Part shown: positions 1-15,270 of the stretch, piece by piece | Numbering within the stretch: position 1 is the stretch's first letter | Layout of the letters: each line of letters starts with the position of its first letter | Assembly (NCBI GenBank): GCA_020137815.1 | Contig: CM035350.1 | Location: 5,208,001-5,272,000, forward strand | DNA length: 64,000 nt | Direction: 5' to 3' | From: Hormiphora californensis | Taxonomy: Eukaryota > Animalia > Ctenophora | Translations under genes and position numbers: made by a program | The notes under the pieces: model-generated | Database searches by the model: none | The model's input: the letters and a program-made list of their open reading frames with translations, nothing else | Told to the model about the DNA's origin: nothing

Positions 1-4
1 ACTT

Positions 5-94
5 CTTTCTTAACGAGACAGAAAGTGGATTGCACCCTGCAATTGCAGGGTGCAATTGCAGGGTGCAATTGTAGTTTTTGTCTCGTTAAGAAAG
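5..94. repeat. Small palindromic element (16-bp inverted termini, internal TGCAATTGCAGGG repeats); probable MITE
   Basis: CTTTCTTAACGAGACA (5-20) is the reverse complement of TGTCTCGTTAAGAAAG (79-94). Lies in a tubulin intron. Confidence 0.6.
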
Positions 95-592
95 GCCCTA
101 AAACTAAAAGAAGCAAATGAGAGAGGCCCGTTGAAACAAAGACTGGTGTGTGTATGAGATGCCGCGTTGGGTTAAGTGTGTGATGACAGATCTGGAATGG
201 AGATCACGTGATACAAGATGACGGTATATCATTGGTGCAGATATATACTGCCTGTCAACACACCAGCTCGCTTGAAAATTAGCGCAGACTTGCAGCACCC
301 CAGCTACACATTTCGACAGCAAACACTCTACACACATATATATATTTGTTGAAATGGCGAGGGAAAGAAATGAGAGTTGTTGGAAGAAATTAAAGCAAGA
401 AAAAGGATAGAGCGAGAGAGATAGAGTGAGTTTAAATTAGCCAGCTCATATACTAACTAGTTGTGAACGTTAATTTGAACAACAAGCTCGGCACTCGTTT
501 ATTACACATCTATTTCTCATAATCACGTGACTATGTGTATTAGAAATAGATGTCACGTGTTAATTACATAGTTGGTGTCACGTGACACTTAC

Positions 593-3910
<3,318 letters not shown>

Positions 3911-4005
3911 GTTTGATTAGTCGTGTTGCAAGAACGGGGTTACGAATGCAAAATAAACGAATCAGAAATAGTTAATGAAAAGTGCATGGTGTGTGGGTGC
4001 CCCGG

Positions 4006-4012
4006 TTTTATA
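4006..4012 (-). promoter_or_regulatory. Putative TATA box of the alpha-tubulin gene
   Basis: TATAAAA on the minus strand about 95 nt upstream of the ATG at 3910. Confidence 0.5.
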
Positions 4013-4602
4013 GCGAACCCTCTCCGCCAATAGGAAGCCCCCACAGCACCGTATCACGTGACTGCTGCACATGTGTGTGTGTGTCCGCATCCGGCCTCCC
4101 CCTCGTTACTTTTTTCTCTTAATTGAACACGCATACGTGTACCCCAACAACAATTTTAGGAAGCTTACATCACGACCGGTGGGGTGACTGAACGCCGGAT
4201 TTTAGAATAAAACAATTAGGTAACGGAAATTTGTTAATTAATGGGGCTGCCGCTTTGAGAATTGAGAAATCAGATTATGAAATAAAATCACACATTGTAT
4301 GTACCCTCAAAAAGGCGTATACTGCTTGAAGGAAGCTATGTACCGTTAAATATAGAATGGGCCAATATACCAATTTAGAACCAATTTAGAGCACATCAAC
4401 ACTCAAACATTCATCTAAAAAGTTATAGGAGAGTTGCATTTAGATTTAGGTGCATATAATGTCATATTTTATTCGAACGACACGCATCCAGTCATGCATA
4501 GTGTCTTACATTCTCAGATCATAAGTCTGGATTTCACTGTCATACATAATCCAACATCCCTCATAACATGTTTATTAAAGCTTGCTGAGTAAGTGTCCCC
4601 AT

Positions 4603-7600
4603 TCATAACATCTTGATTAGCTTGCTGGGTACAGGATGTATATCGGCCCAGTATTTAGGGTGACAATGAAGATATCCAAAGTTCTGTCCCGTGGTGTTCC
4701 TTCTCCCTCGGTTTAGGAGCGTCTCCAGGGGATCCTCATCCGAGTCGTCATGGTGATTATGATGCTTGTGTTCTATGCCCAGGGGGTCTACTGCACAGCA
4801 GTGGCTGTTACCGGGGCTGCAGTGACTATCGTCCGGTAAACTGTTACCTGTAGCAGGGGGGTGTTGTCATACATCATGACGTGGCATATTAGGACTGTCA
4901 ATTATCACTTCAAAAATTACACGGTTCCTAGAATGATAGCTGTCTGTGGTGAACTTACATCGTACGGTACTGTAGGGTTCCCGTGCAGCACCCTTTGTGC
5001 CCGAGAAAGAGCTGAATCGTCCCGGTGGTGCACTCATTCTGTTGCCCCCTGATGATGAGCTTCCTATCTTGCTGCGAACTGATCCTCCAACTGGGCAGGG
5101 GTAATAACAGGGTGTTAGTTATAATGGGAGGATGAGGGGGGGGGGGTGGTCATAACAGGGTGTTAGTTATAACTATCACCCATTTTACCCCCCCCCCCCC
5201 CTGAGGAGCTCAGTTACCACAACCGGAATGATATGGGGGAGGGGGGTGTCTGAAACTGAGTTATATGGTAGTACAGCTGGTGTACTACATAGTTATACTA
5301 AGGTCGAGTGGAGGGATTGCACAAAGAACTGGACAAGTTTTGGTGGCAATTTGCCACTTGGTAAATTACCAGGCACCTATTATACAAGCCCCCACCGCCA
5401 CGTCGGGTAGATTATAGAGACTTTTAATGGCACCTGTCATACTTGGAATCCATTAGGATTATACATTCGTCTGTAGAAAGGAAATGTTCTGGATGTTCCA
5501 TAATATTGTTTGTGCTGTAGCACAATACAAAATATTGTGTCCTGTATTATCATGTGTCCAACGCACAATGCAAGTCTGTATAATTGGATTCGGAACATAT
5601 GCACAAAGCTGGTATAGCACTTGCAACACACATGTAACATTTACAAGGTAAGCTGTTCACACACGCCCTGTCACATCCACAACATATAGTCGTTGAGTTA
5701 GTGAAAATGTCACACACTCCTTGGTATAGAGTTACAACAAAAGAAAGTTATAGAAAAACCAACAGACTAACAGAAAATAAGCAGATAAACAAACAGACAG
5801 GTAAACGAACCAGGTCGATGGGTCACACTGCAGCTGTTCTTTGGCGAGGTATGGTACGTTCCACAGAAGCTGCAACTCCAATCTTCCACCCTGAAACAGG
5901 AGGCTTTTTAACGGGGTAGTGACACCATGGTAACGGGGTGGTGACACCATGGTAACAGGGTGGTGACACCATGGTAACGGGGTGGTGGCACTTTAGTAAT
6001 GGGATGGTGACACCATGGTAACGGGGTGGTGGCACCATGGTAACGATGTTGTATCACCATGGTAACGGGGTGGTGACACCATGGTAACGGGATGGTGACA
6101 CCATGGTAACGGGGTAGTGACATCATGATAACGGGGTGGTGACACCATGGTAACGGGGTGGTGGCACCATGGTAACGGGGTGGTGACACCATGGTAACGG
6201 GGTAGTGACACCATGTTAGCGGGGTAGTGACATCATGGTAACGGGGTGGTGACACCATGGTAACGGGGTGGTGGCACCATGGTAACGGGGTGGTGACACC
6301 ATGGTAACGGGGTAGTGAGACCATGGTAACGGGGTGGTGGCACCATGGTAACGGGGTGGTGACACCATGGTAACGGGGTGTTGTATCACCATGGTAACGG
6401 GGTGGTGACACCATGGTAACGGGGTGGTGACACCATGGTAACGATGTTGTATCACCATGGTAACGGGGTGGTGACACCATGGTAACGGGATGGTGACACC
6501 ATGGTAACGGGGTGGTGACACCATGGTAACGGGGTGGTGGCACCATGGTAACGGGGTGGTGACACCATGGTAACGGGGTAGTGACACCATGTTAGCGGGG
6601 TAGTGACATCATGGTAACGGGGTGGTGACACCATGGTAACGGGGTGGTGGCACCATGGTAACGGGGTGGTGACACCATGGTAACGGGGTAGTGAGACCAT
6701 GGTAACGGGGTGGTGGCACCATGGTAACGGGGTGGTGACACCATGGTAACGGGGTAGTGAGACCATGGTAACGGTGTTGTATCACCATGGTAACGGGGTG
6801 GTGACACCATGGTAACGGGGTGGTAACGGGGTGGTGACACCATGGTAACGGGATGGTGACACCATGGTAACGGGATGGTGACACCATGGCAACGGATTGG
6901 TGACACCATGGTAACGGGGTTGTGACACCATGGTAACGGTGTTGTATCACTATGGTAATGGGGTGGTGACACCATGGTAACGGGGTAGTGACACCATGGT
7001 AACGGGGTGGTGACACCATGGTAACGGGGTAGTGAGACCATGGTAACAGGGTGGTGGCACCATGGTAACGGGATAGTGACACCATGGTAACGGTGTTGTA
7101 TCACCATGGTAACGGGGTGGTGACACCATGGTAACGATGTTGTATCACCATGGTAACGGGGTAGTGAGACCATGGTAACGGGGTGGTAACACCATGTTAA
7201 CTGGGTGGTGGTACCTACATTATTGATCGAAGAACACACTTCTGTCCCTTGCTCAAGTCCAACTCTGCTATCAGTGAGGGGGGAGTGTTTCTCAGGGTAG
7301 TTATCCTGTTTATGTTGGCAGAGAGAAGGACCGACAGGGTCTCACCCGTTAGCCCGTGTGTCAGGCCCCACTCGTAAAACTTCCGCTCTTTATGATCGGG
7401 CCGATCCGTCATGGCATCCGACCTACTGGGAAATTCGAGGTTGCCATGGTAACGGAGATCAAGTTATAACCTACTACTAGCTCCGTTATGTGACCATGGT
7501 AACGACAGGTAACCATGGTAACGGAGAGTTGGTTTGATACCATATATCTGGTGTGACATATTGTGCAGACACCCCTACCTGAAGGGACGGGTAAAGTCAG

Positions 7601-7736
7601 CGTTGTCCCATTCCTCAAAGTCCACCCCGTCCAGGGCTAGGAGGGTCGTTACTGTGGCAATGGGGACATCAAGGCCACACGTTACACAGACAGCAGACCG
7701 GGGCTCCGATGTGATCTCGCAGGGCGTGGCAAACAT
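4603..7736 (-). CDS. Uncharacterised ~270-aa protein with a SAM-like domain and CxxC / WxCxxC motifs. Exons 7579-7738, 7219-7422, 5811-5890, 4959-5090, 4603-4847
   Basis: Five exons with GT-AG introns join in consistent phases (2,2,1,1): MFATPCE..VCVTCG..; FYEWGLTHGLTGETLSVLLSANINRITTLRNTPPSLIAELDLSKGQKCVLRSI (SAM-like by eye); WSCSFCGTYH..; ends ..KLIKML-TGA. Further upstream exons are possible. Confidence 0.7.
5910..7212. repeat. Intronic 22-bp minisatellite (GGGGTGGTGACACCATGGTAAC)n, roughly 55-60 copies
   Basis: Directly visible tandem array; explains the spurious PRYHG/VTMV ORFs. Confidence 0.95.
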
Positions 7737-10479
7737 GTCTAAATATGAGATAAGTTGAGTCAATCGCATTGAGAGGTATATATTGCATATGGTAAAATGG
7801 TCAAACAATCAGAATATTACACGGTATTCGAGAATACATGGAGCACACTTTGGAAACGGGTGGAGTAACATATAGCAGCTCACATATGGTGACACATCGA
7901 GAAAAAAAAAGGATTATTATAGGCTTCCCAAAGAGAAGAGAAGGAATCCCAAAGAGAATAGATTATAGAAGGAATATATATTCTTGAAATAAAGATAGTC
8001 GTATCATTCTCGATAGAACAAAAGGATTTCTGACAAGCTTGGAATGTTCATATAGGATCATAATCTCGACGATCTTTATGTTGATATCGACTGTCTCGAG
8101 AAAAAATGACTGACATGAGATATATCATTAGGATATCATAACAGGGAATAATGCCAAAGTAAAAGTAAGGGGGAAAGAAAAGAAGCATATTCTTTGAAAC
8201 AGCTGTAACTGCGAGAGATTAATTCATTCGAGCGGGAATGAATGCAATCAGGCTTCCGCTGATAAATGAACAGAGGAAAGGAGATGAGGGGAGTGAGAGG
8301 CAGACATATAGCTGCGGCGGCCACCACTTGCTGGAGAGAAGGAGAAGATATAATGCGGACAGAGAAAAAAGCAGAGCTAAGATTAGGAATTGTGGGGAGA
8401 AGTAAAGCTACGAGAATAAGGAGGAGAGGGATATATTAAAATCTCTCTGAGGTGGAATTCTTTGATAAAATTACGCGTGATTACCGGAACTCGACCTCAC
8501 AGTGTCGGACCGTGTTGGCTCGCGTGATGGTGGAGGTGGTAACAATATAGCTGCACTTCGTGTTTTGCTCTCTCTTGTGCGGGTGATCTCTCCCCCTCTC
8601 CCGGCCTTCTCGAATTTCACCACTTTGTCTACCACGGTGAACCAAGTCCAGCTAGCTTCAACTACTACCAGCAACAACAACAAAGGACCAGTCAACTACA
8701 ACGCGTACCTACAATCTTCTATCAGATAAGATCGTTCATTCTGTTATTCATTTATTCATTGTATTGTTATGTATGTTTCAGTAATTGTTGTTGTCAATTT
8801 CATAGTTCATAGTTGCCTGTTCACAGTTCTAGGGTGTCTTCTGTCCTGTCAGTTCGGGTATCATTGTTGACCGTGTTTCACGTGCCGGGCTAGGGGAGTA
8901 TTTGGCATTAGGTTGTGTCGCCTGTCTCTGTGTTCGTGCTCCCGCACGTATTTTTTTTGGAGTTTTCTTTTATATAGTTGTACAGTTCTTGTATTTAGGC
9001 ACTTGGTCCTAGCTGTGCTCTTTGGTTCTGCTCCTCTGGCCTCTTCTTAGTCCCTCCCTTTCCGTTCCTAGTCAGGTCTGCGTACCCTCCGGTTGTATTG
9101 GGCTAGTGTAGGATAAGTGTGCCGTGTGGGGTTCCCGCAGTTGTGTTTCCGTGGGGACTGGGGCCTCGTGTGTGCCAGTAGGTTGGCAGTTAGAGAGGCT
9201 TGGCTAAGGGACAGGGGCTGGGCAAGGGGGCTCTTGGTGTGGGGGAGGGGGATCTGGGTTAGTCCCACCTTACTCACTAACACCGATCCGAATACGGGTT
9301 TCATTCACAGGGCATCTCTCCCGTGCGAGAAAGAGGTAAAGATCTCTCACTCTCCACCTAACCCAAACATGTTGCAGGATCACAATATAGATCTGTTGTA
9401 TTTATCACAATCAACCACCCATTTTCCAGGTGCTTCCTCGTTCCCAATGCTCATCTCCTGTGCAGTTCACGCACAGTGGGCACTATTTCTGTTTCTAGTT
9501 GCCTTCTTGGGGCCAGTGGCGACAGCTTCTTCTCCGCTGTATTTTTTTCTCTCGGCTCCCGGAGTTTTCGTCTTGTCTTGGATTAGATATGTCTTTTCCA
9601 GTTACGGTGCTTCTTCGGATCAGGGGTTCTCTGTCTAGTTGGGACCAGTAGCAGTTTCGTCACTCTGGATCTCGTGGTTGTCTTCTATTTCGTTGGTCTC
9701 CTTCTTTATCGCCGGTCTCTCTCATCTTTATCTCTCCTGCCGATCCCTTTTCATCACATTTTTCTCCATTCTCCAAGGGGGTTTTGGATGTCATCCCGTA
9801 ATTTCTTAATGGAGGTCTTCCTGGAATGTGGAGAATAATCATCGCTGTTGGCACTAAACTAATTACTGGAGGTCTAATTGGGTTCTTCACTCTGGACCCG
9901 GCTTCTATTTCGTCACCTTCCTGGAGCGGGGTTCCCTCGTCTGTCTGATGCCTCTATCTCTCTCGCTGTCTGCCTCTCTCTTCTCACGCCTATCTCACGA
10001 TCACAACGGCCAACGGGGGGGCCGGGGGATATCTGGTGTGTGGGATGGGGTTAATTGGAGTTATTATCTTTCTCGGGTGGGCCATATTATGGGAGACGAT
10101 ATCCTGTAGTATGGTCCATCCATAAAAAGTTATCATACCATGCAGTCACCTCATAAGTACATACTTAGTTATCCAGCACGCACCTTCATACATTACATCT
10201 GCTTGCTAACCAAGTCTTGCCTTCCTTGCGTGTAGAGTCGACCAATGATTCCTTCCCTGGCCTCACTAGATCGGTTGGAGAATGGAGGGCTTTGGGGGCT
10301 ACTTCTGCCTAATTAGGCTACTCCTTGGGGTTGGGGTGTTCTGTTGGGTTGGGTGGGGGATGGTAAGGTTGTCCGCTGTAGGTCTCCAGTTTTCATTGGT
10401 CGGCTCTGTTAACCCTTCTTCTATTTATCTCTCTCTCTATATATATATCTCTCTCTCTGTCTCTCTCTCTCTGTCTCTC

Positions 10480-10540
<61 letters not shown>

Positions 10541-11929
10541 ATCAACAGTACGTAAAGTACGTTTATAGGAGCCAGCTCCCTCTCTTTCTCTCTCTCTTTC
10601 TCTCGCTTTCTCTCTCTTTCTCTGTGTTTTTTCTTTCCCTATCCCCTGAGCCTAATACCACGATGCATGAACACAAAATACAATCATGAACAGCATACGG
10701 CGCTCACTCCTTGACACTCATGACCGATAACGAAGCATCACGAACATTGCCCTTGCCCGCTTCATTCCCCAAACTATACACATCTGTGCTGCAAAGTGCA
10801 TTAAGGTTGTACCGTCAAACGCTATGCCCACAAGCCTGGTTGATTTTATACTGTAACTGCCTGTAGGGCGGAGCCAGGCCTGGGTTTTGACACTCAAAGC
10901 GGGTCGGCACCGCCAGACAGGTAATGGCCAGCATGATTAGGCAGAGTACCAGTGATTGGGTACCTAAAGGCAGTATTCCGGCCCTCACTACCGGGGTCAA
11001 ACAGGTGGCTGTGAAAATAACATCTGTCAAACCGTGGCACATATGGCCAGGATACATGGTGTGTAACAGGGAGTGACAAATGTTAGCACGGGGACGATCC
11101 AAAAAAAAAAAAAAAAAAACAATATAGCTATAATTACATCACAGCCAAACTGGTTACAATTCATCCATCTCACATGCTTTCTCGTCTACATATTTAATGC
11201 TCCATGGCCATGGAAACTCGATATATCTGATAGCTATAGATCGTTTACAAAAATGAGGCTGGGTATTTAAAGTGATTAGTTACCATGGGAAATCACGATT
11301 TTGAGAGACAAAAAGACACGAGCCCTGATCATAATAATTCACAGCTTGTCAAATTGTCTACAGACATATCAATTTATAAGAATGTTCGCAAAAGGCAAGC
11401 TTCCCCTCGTCCGACCCGAAGTTGGAATCATATGGGTTTAGTTTGTCGAACCGGCAAGTTGCTAACATTTTCAAATCTTCACTACTTCTCAAATGATCCC
11501 ATACTTTCAGTCTAATCCCAAAATCCTATTGAAAATAGAGACAAAAATAACGGCACCAAACTGTGAAATGCCCTTGCATTAGTGCGAGTATAATAAAATC
11601 AATTTTCTATCTAAAGGCCGAGTTTATAGCAAGAAAGGACTATTTTACAACGAATTCTCTGGTTAGTATGGTAACCAACTCCGTTGTCATGGTAAATCAA
11701 TCGAACTCTATCGAGTTCTATCGCCAGCAACTGGATGAAAATTTATCCATTTCATTATGCACAATGCACAGGCTTTGGTTACGAAGTTACCCCTTGCCAG
11801 CGTGTGCACGCGAAGGTCGCCCGGCGACAGAGTGTGAGGTGTCTTCGATACCAAGCACAGGCTTGTGTAACAAAAAGGGGCGTTTTTATAGCTTATTGTT
11901 CATCATAACCTGAAATAAATAATTTTCAT

Positions 11930-13050
11930 TACTTTCACAAAGGCTCAAAGTTTGAATATCAAATTTGCCAAAACTGTGCAGGGGCAAATTGGTGCAGGGG
12001 CAAAAGTTTTAATTGATTATAATTAATTAATTAATTAGAAAATCAAAAATCCGGCTCCGTTATGACTCGTAGTTATACTACTAGAACATACTTGCAAAGT
12101 TTCATTTCGAAATTTCAAACGGTGTGGCCACAGTTTGAATATCAAAGTTGCAAAAAATGTGCATGGGCAAACAAAATGGTGCAAGGGCACATGTTCAGGG
12201 GAAATTTGCACAAATTGTGCAGGGGCAAATTTTAATTAATTTGCCTATAATTAATTACCTAATTGATATATTAATCATACGGCTCTTCTAGTACTCGTAG
12301 TTATGCTACTAGAACATGCATAGAAAGTTTCGTGTCAAAATATTAAACGGTGTGGACACAGTTCGATCATAAAATTGGTGCAAGGGCTGCCCTTGCACCA
12401 TTTGCCCTTGCACATTGCCTGCCCCTGCACCAAATTCCATTTTTTGCACGGCTCTAACTAACTAATTAATTAATTTTGACTATTCCCACTTTTCGAACAT
12501 CATCTTTTATGATTGAAGAACATTCCTACAAAGTTTCAAGTCGATATTTTAAGCAGAACGGAAAATAGAATTTGGTGCAAGGGCGCGGTGCAAGGGACAG
12601 AACACGCAATGTGCAGGGGCACGGTGCCCTTGCACCGTTTTTAATTACCTATAATTAATTAATTAATTAAAAATTCAAAAATCCGCCAACGTCATGACAC
12701 AAAGGAATACTACAAGAACATGCCTACAAAATTTCAAGTCGATATCTCAAACGGTGTGGCCACAATCGTTGACATGTTTTTGCCCCCCCCCCCCCCCAAA
12801 AAAAGACCTTTCTTTGTTCTTAATAGGGCCGGCATTTTTGGGTTTTTGTGCAGGGGCAAAAATTTTTTTTTCTTTTTTTCGTTTTTTGCTGTTTTCTTCG
12901 GGTCGGAGGTGCCTGCCGGCACCTAAATAGGGCCGTAAACTACGGGGGGAACGTCACTTTTTTTTGCCCATAGCCCATAATCCCAGCGAATTTTGGTTTT
13001 TCCCATATGGGCAAAAATGGGCAAAAATGGGCAAATAATGTTCAGTGTTA
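11930..13050. repeat. Degenerate ~200-230-bp tandem units (GAACAT..AAAGTTTCA..AAACGGTGTGGCCACA; TGCAGGGGCA motifs); probably the internal array of a non-autonomous transposon
   Basis: The motif recurs at about 12085, 12313, 12518 and 12716; many GTGCA(G/A)GGGCA copies in both orientations; lies close to the assembly gap. Confidence 0.55.
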
Positions 13051-13383
13051 TATATAATATGTCGTTTTTTCAACTCTATAGCTTAATTTCAATTCTTTAA
13101 AGTGAGAGAGAACAGCCCAAATTTTGATAAAACTCGGTCAGAATGGTCTTTGGTGTCTAATTAGAAGTCAAATTCTTTTAAGCGGTCAAATCCTAAATTT
13201 AGGATTTTTAGGTTTTCTTGGCTTTTATGGGTTTCAGAAACGTCCTAGAACAAAATAAATACAAGCATCTCCCTTTCGATCCCCTCTATCAAGCTTCGTA
13301 AGAATCATGACATGGCAAATGACCATGGTCAAACATCTGGTAACACGGCTTCATTTTACCAGGTTCCCAATGTAGCAAATTGG

Positions 13384-13483
13384 NNNNNNNNNNNNNNNNN
13401 NNNNNNNNNNNNNNNNNNNNNNNNNNNNNNNNNNNNNNNNNNNNNNNNNNNNNNNNNNNNNNNNNNNNNNNNNNNNNNNNNNN
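13384..13483. other. Assembly gap (100 N)
   Basis: Run of N. Confidence 1.
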
Positions 13484-14569
13484 GAAAGAAAAATGTTCCC
13501 GATTTAAACGGATCAGTATTTATATGACTTACGCCGACCCCTTTAACCCTTTTTTTCAGCTACAGCCCCCTCTCTGCGTGGTTGGGACATGTCCAAGACA
13601 GAAAAACAACCGGTGTGGATCCCGTGATCAGTAAGCTGATGGAAAGGGCCGCGTTGGGGAAAAAATTTTGTAGGGGGCTTCCGGGGGGGCCCCTGAGACC
13701 AATTTGGTGCGGGACACAAAAACACAGAAAAGAAAAGAGAAGAACAAACCTTTAACCGAGTAATGCCATTAAAACCCGCCCAAAGAACCCCCCCCCCAAA
13801 ACCCCCAATTTTCAATACTGTTTTAGTAACGGACACAGTACTTCAGTCATGAGTCCGTGCCGACAAAACTTTAGCCATTTATTTCAACAAATTTATATTG
13901 GGATTTTAACAAAAATTTAAAAAAATGCTTTTGGGGAGAGTACACAATATACAGATCTACTGAAGTATGGCCTTTTTTTTAATTGTTCCTATGGTTTATC
14001 TTATGTCAGAACAGGGTGGTTGGTTTTTCGACGAGAGATTATAGGAAATTTTTTCCCACGACGAGATCCTAGGATCAACATTTTTTTGGAACAGGTTTGT
14101 TTAATTTAAAATATTTTTAAAAAGGGGGGTTTATATGAATTGAAACCCTAATAATTGGGGTTTTTAAAACAAGCTCCAACTACAAATTATATAACAGATC
14201 TTTAGTAACCTAGACGGCACAGGAGTACTTTTGTTTAATTCAATTTAGGGGCTGCCTGGTTGCATCCCCATATAAAAAAATAATAAAAGGGGATTGTACA
14301 TCCCCTCAAGGCCTCATGGGTTTGTGCTTTTTGGCATGTCTGTGGGCAACCATTTTAGTTTCCTCTCTCTCTTTCTCTGATCTCCCTCTCTTGAGCTGTC
14401 CCTGATCACTATCCCAGTGTGTTGGGAGCCCCAACTTCGGGTCCTGTATAACCATGATAACATATAGCTGTGCATGTCCTAGACATGGCGGTAAAATATC
14501 AAACGTATTGATCAGTTGGTCATATCTTTGTAGCTAATTCATCCCCGCGATCTGTAGGTATGTAGAAGA

Positions 14570-14630
<61 letters not shown>

Positions 14631-15182
14631 GAAAAGGGGGAGGGGAGAACGGGGAAAAGAGAAGGGTTAAATAGAAGAGAGAGGGAAAGGGGGAAGAGAA
14701 GAGAGAGAAGGGGAGAAAAGGGGAAAAGTAACGAGAAAAAAAATTCAATTTTCCAATTTCCCACAACATTCCCCTATTATTTTGATCAACGCAAACCCTA
14801 CCTCCTTTAACGAAGAGCAGAGCTACCACCGACCGGTGAGAATACTAGAACGAGCATCTGTTTATTCTAGCTAGGAGATAAGTATTGAAAATTACAAAGA
14901 GCTGATAGAGACAAAATTACAAAGAGATGGATAGAGACAAAAGAGATGTTAAACCTATATGTATTACCTATCGAGTCTGGTGATCGAGATAGGAATAATA
15001 CAGTTGAGTGAGATAGGAATAGGTCACACTCTAAGTCTATACATGCCTCGTCCCAATTAGCTGCAGGTTATAATCTACATACCTTTTGCTAGCAGCTCCT
15101 TTTGGTGCATCATGTGCCCTATAAACCTATCCCCCCATGTACTTTACTTCATAGAATATTTTACTTGATGTATGATCTGCAG

Positions 15183-15270
15183 CAGGAACCGACCGAATCA
15201 GGAACAATTACTGGTCCTCTGAGTGCGCGAGAACCAGTCAGTGGACCTAAATAACCGAGCTCTGATTCCT
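15183..15270. repeat. Degenerate copy of a short dispersed repeat (CAGGAACCGACCGAATCAGGAA...)
   Basis: From memory, resembles an abundant short repeat of Pleurobrachia-type ctenophore genomes; not verified. Confidence 0.4.

Noticed and set aside
5823-7239. Long overlapping ORFs with PRYHG/VTMV/PLPWCHH repeats; superficially CRISPR-like periodicity
   Set aside because: Translations of a 22-bp minisatellite with no unique spacers; it lies inside a GT-AG intron of the minus-strand gene.
8471-9960. Minus-strand ORF fragments, possibly upstream exons or a retroelement relic
   Set aside because: Multiple stops, no recognisable domain, and no consistent splice model could be built.
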